Shown here one piece after another: positions 25,101 through 39,519 of a stretch of DNA of 64,000 nt (positions are counted from its first letter, which is position 1; each line of letters starts with the position of its first letter). The stretch comes from Eledone cirrhosa (lineage: Eukaryota): positions 406,782,001-406,846,000 of the forward strand of contig OZ024741.1 in NCBI GenBank assembly GCA_964016885.1, read 5' to 3'. Under the pieces are notes generated by a model, which was given only the letters and a program-made list of their open reading frames with translations, did no database searches and was not told the origin of the DNA. Both the position numbers and the translations under genes were made by a program.

Positions 25101-26327
25101 CTAGCATGGTGTCCCACCCTCTACCGATACTGCCAATCCACCACCCTAGCATGGTGTCCCACCCTCTACCGATACTGCCAATCCACCACCCTAGCATGGT
25201 GTCCCACCCTCTACCGATACTGCCAATCCACCACCCTAGCATGGTGTCCGACCCTCTACCGATACTGCCAATCCACCGCCCTAGCATGGTATCCGACCCT
25301 CTACGGGTACTGCCAATCCACCACCCTAACATGGTGTCCGACCCTCTACCGACACTGCCAATCCACCACCCTAACATGGTGTCCTACCCTCTAGCGATAC
25401 TGCCAATCCACCACCCTAACATGGTGTCCGACCCTCTACCGACACTGCCAATCCACCACCCTAACATGGTGTCCTACCCTCTACCGATACTGCCAATCCA
25501 CCGCCCTAGCATGGTGTCCGACCCTCTACCGATACTGACAATCCACCACCCTAGCATGGTGTCCGACCCTCTACCGATACAGCCAATCCACCGCCCTAGC
25601 ATGGTGTCCCACCCTCTACGGGTACTGCCAATCCACCGCCCTAGCATGGTGTCCGACCCTCTACCGATACTGCCAATCCACCGCCCTAGCATGGTGTCCG
25701 ACCCTCTACCGATACTGCCAATCCACCGCCCTAGCATGGTGTCCCACCCTCTACGGGTACTGCCAATCCACCGCCCTAGCATGGTGTCCGACCCTCCCCC
25801 GATACTGCCAATCCACCACCCTAGCATGGTGTTCCACCCTCTACCTATACTGCCAATCCACCGCCCTAGCATGGTGTCCCACCCTCTACGGGTACTGCCA
25901 ATCCACCACCCTAACATGGTGTCCCACCCTCTACCGATACTGACAATCCACCGCCCTAGCATGGTGTCCCACCCTCTACGGGTACTGCCAATCCACCACC
26001 CTAACATGGTGTCCCACCCTCTACCTATACTGCCAATCCACCGCCCTAGCATGGTGTCCCACCCTCTACGGGTACTGCCAATCCACCGCCCTAGCATGGT
26101 GTCCCACCCTCTACCGATACTGACAATCCACCACCCTAGCATGGTGTCCGACCCTCTACCGATACTGCCAATCCACCGCCCTAGCATGGTGTCCGACCCT
26201 CTACCGATACTGCCAATCCACCGCCCTAGCATGGTGTCCGACCCTCTACCGATACTGCCAATCCACCGCCCTAGCATGGTGTCCCACCCTCTACCGATAC
26301 TGCCAATCCACGGCCCTAGCATGGTGT
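22133..26327 (-). repeat. 45-bp minisatellite, 93 units, derived from the SINE tRNA head (A-box)
   Basis: Unit agggtggtggattggcagtatcggtagagggtcggacaccatgct matches the SINE 5' end. (26318-22133)/45 = 93 exactly. Confidence 0.97.
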
Positions 26328-26403
26328 AATTATAATAATAAAAGGAAGATTTGTTATGTCTTTGTTAGGTTTATTGAGAAGTGGCGCGCGTTTCACAGCA
26401 AAC

Positions 26404-26486
26404 GTCTGACGAGCTTTTGATTCCAGAATCGGGCTAGATCGATACAGATCAAACCTTGGGCTGATCAATAGCGAAACGCGCGTCAC
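26404..26486 (+). ncRNA. Hammerhead motif (long stem II; stem I truncated) inside inverted repeat 26344-26523
   Basis: gt CTGACGA gcttttgat..atcaatagc GAAA CGCGCG TC ac. Confidence 0.75.
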
Positions 26487-26524
26487 TACTCAATAAACAT
26501 AATGAAGACATAACAAATCGTCCT

Positions 26525-26793
<269 letters not shown>

Positions 26794-26794
26794 A

Positions 26795-27852
26795 TAAAGG
26801 TATAGACTTTCTATTCCGCACAACAGGAGGTCTGTTCAACCACCAGCGTTTCAAAGCAAAAACATTCCTCCGAACTGACATCCATGATCTCTTTGATGCT
26901 GCATTTGTCGCACCTTCATTCGAAGATGCTCAGGGTTTGGTCAATCGTTTTTCTGCTGCATGCAAAGCCTTCGGCTTAACTATCAGCATTAAGAAAACTG
27001 AGGTCGTACATCAACCTCTTCTGAAAACCATAAGAGGTCTGAAGCAGAAACCACCGGTTCATGGAATTCCACCTAACAGAATCATGATAGAGGACAAACA
27101 ACTCAAGTATGATGATAATTTCACATACTTAGGAAGCAAGATGAACCGCAGTGCTTCTCTTAATGATGAGGTCACCAACTGCATCCCCAAAGCTTCCTCT
27201 GTGTTTGGTAAACTCAATCATCGTCTTTGGAAGGAAAAGGGTGTAAAACTAAATACGAAAGTGCAAGTGTATAATGCAGTTGTTCTCACCACTTTACTTT
27301 AAGGATCAGAATCCTGGACACCATACTGGTCACACATAATCCAGCTGGATATGTTCCACAAGGGATGTTTGAGATCCATTGAAACTTTCCTTGTGAAATC
27401 TCAGCTTCGTTGGGCTGGCCATGTCATCCGCACGTGTAACGACAGAATTCTAAAAGTCCTCATGTATGGTCAGCTTAGCAGCGGCAACAGGAAGGTTGGT
27501 AGACCATGGCTACGATATAAGGATAAGTTGAAATCAAATCTCACTGCTCCTGCAATCCCGTTCCGTGATTGCCAACAAATTGCTGCTGACAGAAAGGATT
27601 GGAGAGAAAGGTGCCATAGTGCGATCAAGAACTTTGAATCCAGTCGCGTAGAGAAATTGCTTTTCGACCGAACAGGGACGAAGCAACGGGCCTTGATCCC
27701 TGCAAGACTCTCCATAAACTCTTGCTCTTGCGACCTGTGGCTTGGTCTGAGGGTCACTGGTGGGATTGAAATGTCACATGAGACACCACCATCCAGAGAG
27801 CTGAACTTTTGTTGGACATTCATACGTCGGATATCGACGGGAGAGTCCATCA
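26795..27852 (+). pseudogene. RTE-clade LINE 3' fragment
   Basis: FGLTISIKKTEV, FTYLGS, QLRWAGHVIR, RYKDKLK; 3' hairpin cgtcg..cgacg. Confidence 0.9.
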
Positions 27853-27914
27853 TATATATATATATATAGTGACGAAACATAAGTCAATTGCATGAACTCA
27901 TAATCCTTTATTTA

Positions 27915-28022
<108 letters not shown>

Positions 28023-28199
28023 ACTTTGATATGTTTCGGCCAGTATTGGCCCAACCCATGTCTAAATTAATAGCACGACCTTGGAATTGGACACCATGGC
28101 CCACTCAACTAAAGAATTATTGTTTATGGAGACAAATCCGGGATTTTTTAAGGGATTCGTCCATTCTATTTCAAAGGGTTTTGATGTAATATTAAAAAG

Positions 28200-28505
28200 A
28201 GCGGGACCAGTTGAGGTGAAATAATTGTGCCGTAATGTTGTTGAGATGCGAGCTTGATTTTGTTATTGACATTTTGAGGTGCTTCAACTTTCATACTTTG
28301 TTTCGTGTGGGGAGACCACAGTGGACAACAGTATTCAAGGTGGGGTCGGGCAAAAGTAAAGAAGACAATGATAATGGTGTGGATATCTTTTAACTGGAAA
28401 TTTCTGAGAATCCAGGAATACATCCTGAGGGTCAACTTTGCTATTTATATGTGTGGCCCAGCTTAGGTTGTTATCAGCAATTACTCCTAGGTCTCTGATG
28501 CTGTT
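28200..28505 (-). pseudogene. CR1/Jockey-group LINE RT fragment
   Basis: IRDLGVI..LSW..WILRNF..RPHLEYCCPLWSPH. Confidence 0.82.
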
Positions 28506-28539
28506 GGATGTATATGATATATGAGTCCTGGGTTCAATC

Positions 28540-28820
28540 GGAGGGTAACCACAGTTAGTAAGGTACTCAATACTTTAGTAGAGTATTAACATAATGTGTA
28601 ATATAGAAATGGCTTCTACAGTACTAGAACTGTTCCATTCAAAGGAAATCAACAGGAAAGCCGACTGTCCTTGTAAGACTGTTTTATTTAAGTTTTCTGG
28701 TGGTAGGGGAAGGTGGGAATGAGTGAAAGTCATTGGCCGAGGGATTTTAAAGAACGTGAATTCTTTGAAAAGCTTTTTTAGTTATATACACAAAATACAG
28801 GGACATGTGAAATACAAGGT
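28540..28820 (-). mobile_element. PLE pLTR with a mutated hammerhead (28611-28662)
   Basis: Same family as 16274 and 51732. Core reads CTGTTGA/GGAA. Confidence 0.7.
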
Positions 28821-28821
28821 T

Positions 28822-30658
28822 CTCGTTCACACTCACGTACATATACACACACTCACGTACATATACACACACACACACTCGCGTACACACACTCACGTAC
28901 ATACACACACATACACACTCACGTACACATACTCACGTACACATACTCACGTACACACACACACACTCACGTACACACACTCACGTACATATACACACAC
29001 TCACGTACATATACACACATATACTCACGTACATATACACACACACACACTCACGTACATACACACACTCACGTACATATACACACACACTCACGTACAT
29101 ATACACACACAAACTCACGTACATATACACACACACTTACTCACGTACATATACACACACACACACTCACGTACATACACACACACGCACACACTCACGT
29201 ACATATACACACACACTCACGTACATATACACACATACCCACGTACATATACACACACACACACTCGCGTACATATACACACATACACTCACGTACATAT
29301 ACACACACACACTCACGTACATATACACACACACACTCACGTACATATACACACACACTCACGTACATATACACACACACATACTCACGTACACACACGT
29401 ACATGTACACACACACACGCTCACGTACATACACACACACACACACACGTACATATACACACACACACTCACGTACATACACACACACACACACACACAC
29501 ACTCACGTACATATACACACACACACGCTCATGTACATATACACACACACACACACTAACGTACATATACACACACGCTCATATACATATACACACACAC
29601 ACTCACGTACATACACACACACACTCACGTACATATACACACACACTCACGTACATACACACACACGCTCACGTACATATACACACACACACTCACGTAC
29701 ACACACACACACACACACACACACTCACGTACATATACACACACACTCACGTACATATACACACACACTCACGTACATACGCACACACACACGTACATAT
29801 ACACATATACACTCACGTACATACACACACACACATACTCACGTACATACACACACACACGCTCACGTACATATATACACACACACTCACGTACATATAC
29901 ACACTCACGTACATATACACACACATACACTCACGTACATATACACACTCACGTACACACACACACACACTCACGTTCATATACACACACACACTCACGT
30001 ACATACACACACACTCACGTACACACACACACACACTCACGTACACACACGTACATATACACACACACACGCTCACGTACATATGCACACACACACACGC
30101 TCACGTACATATACACACACACACACGCTCATGTACATATACACACACACACTCACGTACATACACACACACATACTCACATACATATACACACACACTC
30201 ACGTACATATACACACACGCTCACGTACATATACACACACACACTAACGTACATATACACACACACACTCACGTACATATATACACTCACGTACATATAC
30301 TCACTCACGTACATATGCACACACACTCACGTACATACACACACACTCACGTATATATACACACACACTCACGTACATATACACACACACTCACGTACAT
30401 ATACACACTCACGTACATATACACACACACCCACTCACGTACATATACACACACACACTCACGTACATATACACACACACACACACTCACGTACACACAC
30501 TCACGTACATATACACATGCTCACGTACATATACACACACACACTCAGGTACATATGCACACACACACTCACGTACATACACACACACACACACTCACGT
30601 ACATTCACACACACACTCACGTACATTCACACACACATACACACGAATACCCACACAT
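28822..30658. repeat. Complex (CA)n-ctcacgtacatata minisatellite, ~1.8 kb
   Basis: Seen directly. Confidence 0.95.
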
Positions 30659-30694
30659 TTGATGGGTTCGTTTATGTTCAGTATATATCTATAG

Positions 30695-30855
30695 CAGCGA
30701 ATATGTAGAGTCGTTACAAAGTTGGATCGAGTGTTTTATGCTATTCGTTCCGGCTCCCTACTCTCTCTGAGTTCAAATCCCGCCGAGATCAACTTTGCCT
30801 TTCATCCTTTCGAGGTCGTTAAAAAAAAGGTACCAGTCTAATACTAGGGTCGATG
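30695..30855 (+). mobile_element. Old SINE copy
   Basis: gagttcaaatcccgccgag..gcctttcatcctttcgaggtcg. Confidence 0.8.
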
Positions 30856-31557
30856 CTTCCTCTATATCCTTTTCTTACCTCCTCTCTGTCACTTTCTTTC
30901 CTTCTCTGAAAGAAATCTGCTGTATTTGGGCCTGGTGAGGGATGGGTACCGCCAGGTTTAAGATGCCCTAGAAACATTGTATGTCAAGACGGCGCCCCTA
31001 CGAATCTATCTGGAGTTACGGAACCATAACAAACATAATATATCTATAGAAAAGGTTTTTTTTATTATGAGTGACTGGTTTTTGTCAGGTTCTGGCAGAA
31101 AATTAGAATAAAATAACAATTTTTAATTGTATAAATATACTTTTAATGTTGCAATATTAAAGAAAATGTAAAGGAAGGGGTGAACAACGGAGCCAACACC
31201 AGAGCAAAAGACAGCAACGAAGAGTACTAGGCAACCTCTCTAATGATTTTTTAGGCAAGCCAGCACACTGGCAGTGTTACCTCGGGTGATGGCTAGGCTG
31301 AGGCGCTGGAACAGCCAAGTGCCCTCGCGAGATTCGCCTGTTACCTCTAGAATAAAATGAATTGTTCACTTCAACCATTCGAAGGAGAATTTATTTTTAC
31401 ATTTTCACAAATCATAGGTTGAACATCGTTAAATAACTTCAAATGTCAGTCTTCGTGTCTATAGAGAGAACAACATTTCGATTATCTCTAACATAAGAGC
31501 TTAATGTCTCTTCTATGGCTCTCCTTATCTCTATTGAGAGAACACCATTTGTGTATA

Positions 31558-33524
31558 TAGACATATTCTACGTGTGACGGTATTTTAACGATAGTTATAG
31601 CTCTAATTTATTTGAATTATAGAGCCCTCTGCCGCTCATCTCGAATTTTGTTTATCGTGAACTCGTGCGCCGATTTTTCGATACTCGATTATTCTACTAT
31701 ATTTAGCTCTAGACTTAGCTATTGACCAGTTAATTTTATTGTTCATTTTTTGTCGATTCTATTAAATGATGAATAGCCCCTGTTTATTTTAACATGTCTA
31801 TTGAGCACTCTTATTCGATATGTGTTTTTGCCACATTTTTCCGAATATTTTTGCGGATATAAAGGTTATCTCCCTTGCTGAAATCCATGTGCGTATTTTT
31901 AGCCTGGGTCTTGTCTTTTCATCCATTCGGACGAAGCTCGTTGATGAAGTAACTCCAGTCCCCCGATTGTCTGTAAGTCTTATATTTTTATATGAGCTGA
32001 TAGATGACGGTTTAAGGATTTACAGAAACCCAAGAAGCTAGATATTCCATCTCTCTAGTGGGTCCGGGTATGCATTTTACATTCATTTCATTTATTGATT
32101 TATTGATAATTTATCTGAGTGTCCCGAATCTTCCATATCGAACTTTTCGGTTATTTGGTTGATTGTAGACATATTCTACGTGTGACGGTATTTTAACGGT
32201 AGTTATAGCTCTAATTTATTTGAATTATAGAGCCCTCTGCCGCTCATCTCGAATTTTGTTTATCGTGAACTCGTGCGCCGATTTTTCGATACTCGATTAT
32301 TCTACTATATTTAGCTCTAGACTTAGCTATTGACCAGTTAATTTTATTGTTCATTTTTTGTCGATTCTATTAAATGATGAATAGCCCCTGTTTATTTTAA
32401 CATGTCTATTGAGCACTCTTATTCGATATGTGTTTTTGCCACATTTTTCCGAATATTTTTGCGGATATAAAGGTTATCTCCCTTGCTGAAATCCATGTGC
32501 GTATTTTTAGCCTGGGTCTTGTCTTTTCATCCATTCGGACGAAGCTCGTTGATGAAGTAACTCCAGTCCCCCGATTGTCTGTAAGTCTTATATTTTTATA
32601 TGAGCTGATAGATGACGGTTTAAGGATTTACAGAAACCCAAGAAGCTAGATATTCCATCTCTCTAGTGGGTCCGGGTATGCATTTTACATTCATTTCATT
32701 TATTGATTTATTGATAATTTATCTGAGTGTCCCGAATCTTCCATATCGAACTTTTCGGTTATTTGGTTGATTGTAGACATATTCTACGTGTGACGGTATT
32801 TTAACGGTAGTTATAGCTCTAATTTATTTGAATTATAGAGCTCTCTGCCGCTCATCTCGAATTTTGTTTATCGTGAACTCGTGCGCCGATTTTTCGATAC
32901 TCGATTATTCTACTATATTTAGCTCTAGACTTAGCTATTGACCAGTTAATTTTATTGTTCATTTTTTGTCGATTCTATTAAATGATGAATAGCCCCTGTT
33001 TATTTTAACATGTCTATTGAGCACTCTTATTCGATATGTGTTTTTGCCACATTTTTCCGAATATTTTGCGGATATAAAGGTTATCTCCCTTGCTGAAATC
33101 CATGTGCGTATTTTTAGCCTGGGTCTTGTCTTTTCATCCATTCGGACGAAGCTCGTTGATGAAGTAACTCCAGTCCCCCGATTGTCTGTAAGTCTTATAT
33201 TTTTATATGAGCTGATAGATGACGGTTTAAGGATTTACAGAAACCCAAGAAGCTAGATATTCCATCTCTCTAGTGGGTCCGGGTATGCATTTTACATTCA
33301 TTTCATTTATTGATTTATTGATAATTTATCTGAGTGTCCCGAATCTTCCATATCGAACTTTTCGGTTATTTGGTTGATTGTAGACATATTCTACGTGTGA
33401 CGGTATTTTAACGATAGTTATAGCTCTAATTTATTTGAATTATAGAGCCCTCTGCCGCTCATCTCGAATTTTGTTTATCGTGAACTCGTGCGCCGATTTT
33501 TCGATACTCGATTATTCTACTATA
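31558..33524. repeat. 608-bp tandem repeat, ~3.2 near-identical copies
   Basis: Units start at 31558, 32166, 32774 and 33381. Confidence 0.97.
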
Positions 33525-33586
33525 TATATATATATATATATATTAATTCAAAATATTAACAAAATAGATATTCTTGTGATCAATTA

Positions 33587-33653
33587 TATTTTATTATACA
33601 TATTTCAGAGGTACTGAGTTAAGTTCAACAGTACGTCCTCATCAGATAAAATA
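33587..33653 (-). ncRNA. Type I hammerhead ribozyme
   Basis: Minus: tattttat CTGATGA ggacgtactg..cagtacctct GAAA TATGTA TA ataaaata. Confidence 0.87.
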
Positions 33654-34005
33654 AAATGATACATGACATACCCTGACATAGTAGATGGTTCAGATTCAGT
33701 CATGGTAGTGATTAACTTATGACAAAACTCAATATTTATACCCTAATATTTTGTTAATATTTTGAATATTAATAACTCTGGAAAACCTTTCCTATTGAGT
33801 GCTTCCAATCTATTGTAAAACTCATTCTTTGATGTATTCATTGAACCTTGTTTAACTTTTAAATATATATATATATATGTAAGGATATTTTCGAATGTAC
33901 GTCAATACTCATCTTTTCTATTTCTCCGAGGGTTCTTAACCCCACTATCAGGCTAAATAATTTCTTGAATTTCTTTAGTCAAAATACGGCGATAGCTTAC
34001 ATTTC

Positions 34006-34138
<133 letters not shown>

Positions 34139-34307
34139 TAGAAAAGTTAAGTAAGGTTCTATACAAAACAGTGGATATAGAATGTGAAGCATGTCTTTTC
34201 GCCATTGAACAAAACTTGAAACAAACTTCAAACTCTTCCCAGGCAAATAGTTTATCGCTCTACATGATTGAATACAAGAAATGTAAATCTGAGTTTTTCG
34301 AATATTA

Positions 34308-34494
34308 ATAATTATTTCTACTTTTGGCACAAGGTCAGCAATTACCCAGTGCATTACTGGTACTTATTTTATCGACCCCGTAAGGATGAAAGGCAAAGTT
34401 AACCTCGGCGGGATTTGAACTCAGAATGGCAAGGGCCGTAACTCTATGCGTCAAAGCATGGCGTCCGACCCTCTACCCATACTGCCAATCCACT
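34308..34494 (-). mobile_element. SINE copy
   Basis: Reverse complement of a nearly full SINE. Confidence 0.92.
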
Positions 34495-34988
34495 GAATAA
34501 TAACATTCGATTCGTTTGCAATTATGCAAACAGTCTCTTTAAGCCATGTCAGTAGAATGACTCGTCATTCTTGCTCTTGTGTCGACATAAACAGAACGGC
34601 TGAGACTAATGTTTCTGAGTGATTACCTTTCATCAGTACCGTACACTGTTTACCTGCCAACTGTCAGAATTAGTAAAGTATATATATTTTCTGGAATATA
34701 CAGTGACTGATCGGCCTGATTTGCATAGCAAACTGGCTGATCAGTCAGATCTGCATATTAGCAGGCACACTGATCAGCCAGATTTGCATATCAGTAGATC
34801 AGGCATTTGTTTTTGTGTGACACAACACACAAAAACAAGATGGTATAGGACAGAACAAAGGAGAGACACAAAATAAAAACCCAGTCATTGAGGAGGCCAC
34901 AGAATGTGTGACGAAAGAGCTTTGACAATATATAAACAACCAGCCGAGGAAGTTTCGTTTACATATGAAAAATATTTATTGCGTATCG

Positions 34989-35068
34989 ACCTGTTGCGGG
35001 CGTTTAGCAGAGGTGACCCATAGGAGTTATGAACCTGACTCCAGTATCGATCTGCTCCTCAGACTGGT
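34989..35068 (-). ncRNA. Decayed hammerhead motif
   Basis: Minus: accagt CTGAGGA GCAGA..TCTGC TAAA CGCCCG CA acaggt (G12 and U16 mutated). Confidence 0.55.
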
Positions 35069-35391
35069 GATGCAACAAAAGATATATTCTTGTTGTGGAC
35101 CGAGAAGGTATATATAGGCATTGGCTCTATTGTTTTGTATGTGGGTGTATATTGTGGTGTAATTGGTGGGGCGGCAATGCGGATGTGTATTCACCGGTAT
35201 TCATGCGCGTATGTACGTGAGCGCGCGAGCAATCAGGATTCGTGTGGGGGGGGGGGGGTGTATTGGGCATGAATATATATATATATATATATAGTGTTTC
35301 CGTAGGAAAGGTAAAGGAAAAGAGAGTGCTCTATGTAGGCTACAGAGCTTTTTAGTTATGTAATAAACAATAAACAACATAAGATAATTAA

Positions 35392-35462
35392 TTCATTTAC
35401 CAAAGGTTTCACGAAGACAGACGAGCTTGACACAGACGTCTGACTTCGCTCATCAGAATGAA
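35392..35462 (-). ncRNA. Type I hammerhead ribozyme
   Basis: Minus: ttcatt CTGATGA gcgaag..cttcgt GAAA CCTTTGG TA aatgaa. Confidence 0.88.
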
Positions 35463-35628
35463 ATTTTATTTTAAATGGATGCATGAGTGTGTGGTGTGTT
35501 GTGTATATGTTTATGTATGAGTGTGTATATATGTATTCATGTGCATGTGTGTGTGCGTGTGTGTACATGTATGCATGTATGTATGTATGTATGTATGCCT
35601 ATATATCTATACATCTATATATGTATAT

Positions 35629-35776
35629 GTGTGTGTATATGTATCCATATGTGTGTGTGCATGCATGTGTGTAAGTGTAACTGTGTGTGCATATATGTAT
35701 GTGTATGTGTTTATGTGTATATATATATATATATATGTATGTATATATGTATGTATATATATATATATATATATAC

Positions 35777-35831
<55 letters not shown>

Positions 35832-35913
35832 AACACATACACATACATATATGCACACACAGTTACACTTACACACATGCATGCACACACACATATGGAT
35901 ACATATACACATA
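35629..35913. repeat. Near-perfect palindrome built from complex TG/TA sequence
   Basis: gtatccatatgtgtgtgtgcatgcatgtgtgtaagtgtaactg.. is mirrored at 35820-35910. Confidence 0.9.
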
Positions 35914-35920
35914 TATGTAT

Positions 35921-36540
35921 GTCAGGTCACCAGTTGGTGCTACTGGTAACATGTATCCCAGTACAACCTGTCACATGGTCGGGTCGTTGGCGACTAAACT
36001 GGCAACCCCACCAAGGTTTCTTGGTGAGGAGGGTGGCTTTGGACATCCTGCAGGACTAAAAACAAAACCTGTCAAAGGGCAAAGGAGCTCTTAAGAGTCA
36101 ATGGCCATCCAAAATCACCGGGAGAGATGACCCCTTAGCCTTTGTCAAGGCAGAATTCTAGGAGAAGGAAAACTCTGATATAACACCTGCAACTCTGATG
36201 GTATCCAATGATGTTGACTTGTTCTTCTTTTTGGTAAATATCATCTTGGTTAAGAGAGTGGGACTGGCTTTGTGCAGTGCCTTTGCTCACTATAAAAGCT
36301 TCACGGCACGGGCATTTCTTTATATCTGGAGATCTCTCTGCACTTGTCGTCACATGGTACCATGGGCCCAGCAGCTCTGTGACAATAATTGTCACAAGTG
36401 TAGTGTTTGTACCTGAGTTTTCAGGTCGTTGGCTGGACTGGGGGGTCGCACTCGTTCGGCGCATCGGTGGGAGTTCTCCTGCATGGATGTGATGTAGTGG
36501 CCGTGCTCGAGAGCGAGTTGGCAGCCACCATATATGTATG

Positions 36541-36627
<87 letters not shown>

Positions 36628-37234
36628 CAGGTCACTAGTTGGTGCTACTGGTAACATGTATCCCAGTACAACCTGTCCCATGGTCGGGTCGTTGGCGACT
36701 AAACTGGCTACCCCACCAAGGTTTCTTGGTGAGGAGGGTGACTTTGGACATCCTGCAGGACTAAAAACAAAACCTGTCAAAGGGCAAAGGAGCTCTTAAG
36801 AGTCAATGGCCATCCAAAATCATCGGGAGAGATGACCCCTTAGCCTTTGTCAAGGCAGAATTCTAGGAGAAGGAAAACTCTGATATAACACCTGCAACCC
36901 TGATGGTATCCAATGATGTTGACTTGTTCTTCTTTTTGGTAAATATCATCTTGGTTAAGAGAGTGGGACTGGCTTTGTGCAGTGCCTTTACTCACTATAA
37001 AAGCTTCACGGCACAGGCATTGCTTTATATCTGGAGACCTCTCTGCACTTGTCGTCACAAGGTACCATGGGCCCAGCACTATGTGTCAATAATTGTCACA
37101 AGTGTAGTGTTTGTACCAGAGTTTTCAAGTCACTGGCTGCACTAAAAAGTCACACTCGTTCAGCGCATCGGTAGGGGTTCTCCTACATGGATATAAAGTA
37201 GTGGCCGTACTCGAAAACGAGTTGGCAGCCACCA
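35921..37234 (+). mobile_element. Two direct copies of a ~610-bp non-coding element (35921-36530, 36626-37234), possibly RTE-derived
   Basis: Direct alignment. Each ends gcagccacca-(TA)n. The ctaggagaaggaaaactctga motif recalls RTE-type 5' UTRs. Confidence 0.7.
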
Positions 37235-37258
37235 TATATATATATATATGTATGTATA

Positions 37259-37297
<39 letters not shown>

Positions 37298-37583
37298 GTG
37301 TGTATATTTATGGGTATGTGTATGTGCGTGCGCATGTGTGGATGTAGGAGCGCTTGTATATCTGTGTGTTTGTGTATGTGCATGTAGGAGTACATGTACG
37401 TATGTGTTAGTGTGTGAGTATAGGTATATTAGTGAGTATGTACTTGTATATGTGTTTGCATATATACATATACATTTATTATTTTCCCCTTTACATTACG
37501 TCCGTTATTTTATTTCAGCCTCGCTTTCAATTGTCCTAGACTTTGTTTTGAAATCCATATCTTACATCCATTTTAAATAAAAT

Positions 37584-37639
37584 TTCATTCTGACGACCGA
37601 AGTCAGACGTCTGTCTTCGTGAAACCTTTGGTAAATGAA
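37584..37639 (+). ncRNA. Type I hammerhead ribozyme (inverted relative of 35392)
   Basis: ttcatt CTGACGA ccgaag..cttcgt GAAA CCTTTGG TA aatgaa. Confidence 0.82.
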
Positions 37640-37665
37640 TAATTATCTTATGTTGTTTATTACAT

Positions 37666-38376
<711 letters not shown>

Positions 38377-39519
38377 TACAATAACAGAGATAGTTTAAAG
38401 CTAATCTCTGACTGGTAACCATCTCACTCAACAAACATTAGGTTATATTTTAATATAAACCCAATTTAAGTGTTTGGGGTGCTAACAATATGTATTATGT
38501 GAAAAAGCCAGTTGTATTATTTTATGAGATATAATTAAAGTTAAAATATATCTCTCTTTCCAAACAATTGTTTCATTATAAGTTTTCTACAAATTCGGAG
38601 AATATTTCCAGTTTATGTAGAAGCCTAATATACATTCATGTAAGAATATATTTAGGTGGGTGCTTATAAATCATCAGTGGAAGCCCATTAAACTTTGATA
38701 TAAGAAAAACATTTCTTACCACGGTTAAAAATCGTGTCCGTTAAGTTGCTCCTTCCCGCATCGAATGACCGGCAAATTTGAAATTCCAGCAGTTTTTGAC
38801 TGAGGAAGTGTTATAGCGTCACTAAGAGGGAAGGGGAGACAACTACGATCCACGAAAGGAGGGAAAAAAATAATATACACGCGGGTTAATCAGTTTATTC
38901 GAAAACATTATCAATCCAACGTGTTAAGAACTCAATTGAAATTAAAAAAATAAATATATGCGTGTATAAATTACACACGCATATAGATATTTTCTTAGGC
39001 TAAAATCAGAGGTTGTACCTGAATAAGAAACCGCATCTCGTAACCGTAGTAAATACGGAAAGTTATGCTTTAAAGGGCAAATGGGAATGTAAATTCTTCA
39101 TAGTGTGATATCAAATCATCAACAGATCACATATCGATTATTTCCAATCATTTCCTCATAAATCCCTTATTTTGTCTCTAGCTGTGTACCTTGATTAATC
39201 GGTTTTTAAATGTTGAATTAGGAAATACTGAACACCTTCGTCACTGACAAACCAAATTACACTAATGGTCGTTATTTATGGCATCGTAACAAAGAGCAGC
39301 ATTTCTACCTGGTGGTTTCACCTGCTAGATATAATACCCAAATCTATCTCAAAACACGGCCTTATGTAAAAATAAATGAACCTCGGATCTCCGTCATTTT
39401 CGACGATGAGTGTTTCAATTCTCCGACCAACTAAACGGCCTGCTAAGTGTCTGGCAAAGAAATGTAGGTAGATTGTCGAATCTAGGCTAGCTGACAAACT
39501 GTGTTTTCCCTTCGAGCGA

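Noticed and set aside
22136-26329. 1397-aa Pro/His-rich ORF (and antisense Gly/Trp-rich ORFs) as a structural protein
   Set aside because: The unit is 15 codons of antisense SINE head. Its consensus codons have essentially no single-step route to a stop, so openness is expected without selection. It lies within a SINE TSD.
28723-30662. His/Thr/Tyr-rich ORFs and the many other YI, CV and HT ORFs in the track
   Set aside because: Translations of microsatellites.
31990-32042. Hammerhead in the 608-bp unit (ctgataga...gaaac)
   Set aside because: Core spacing is wrong and no stem II or III forms.
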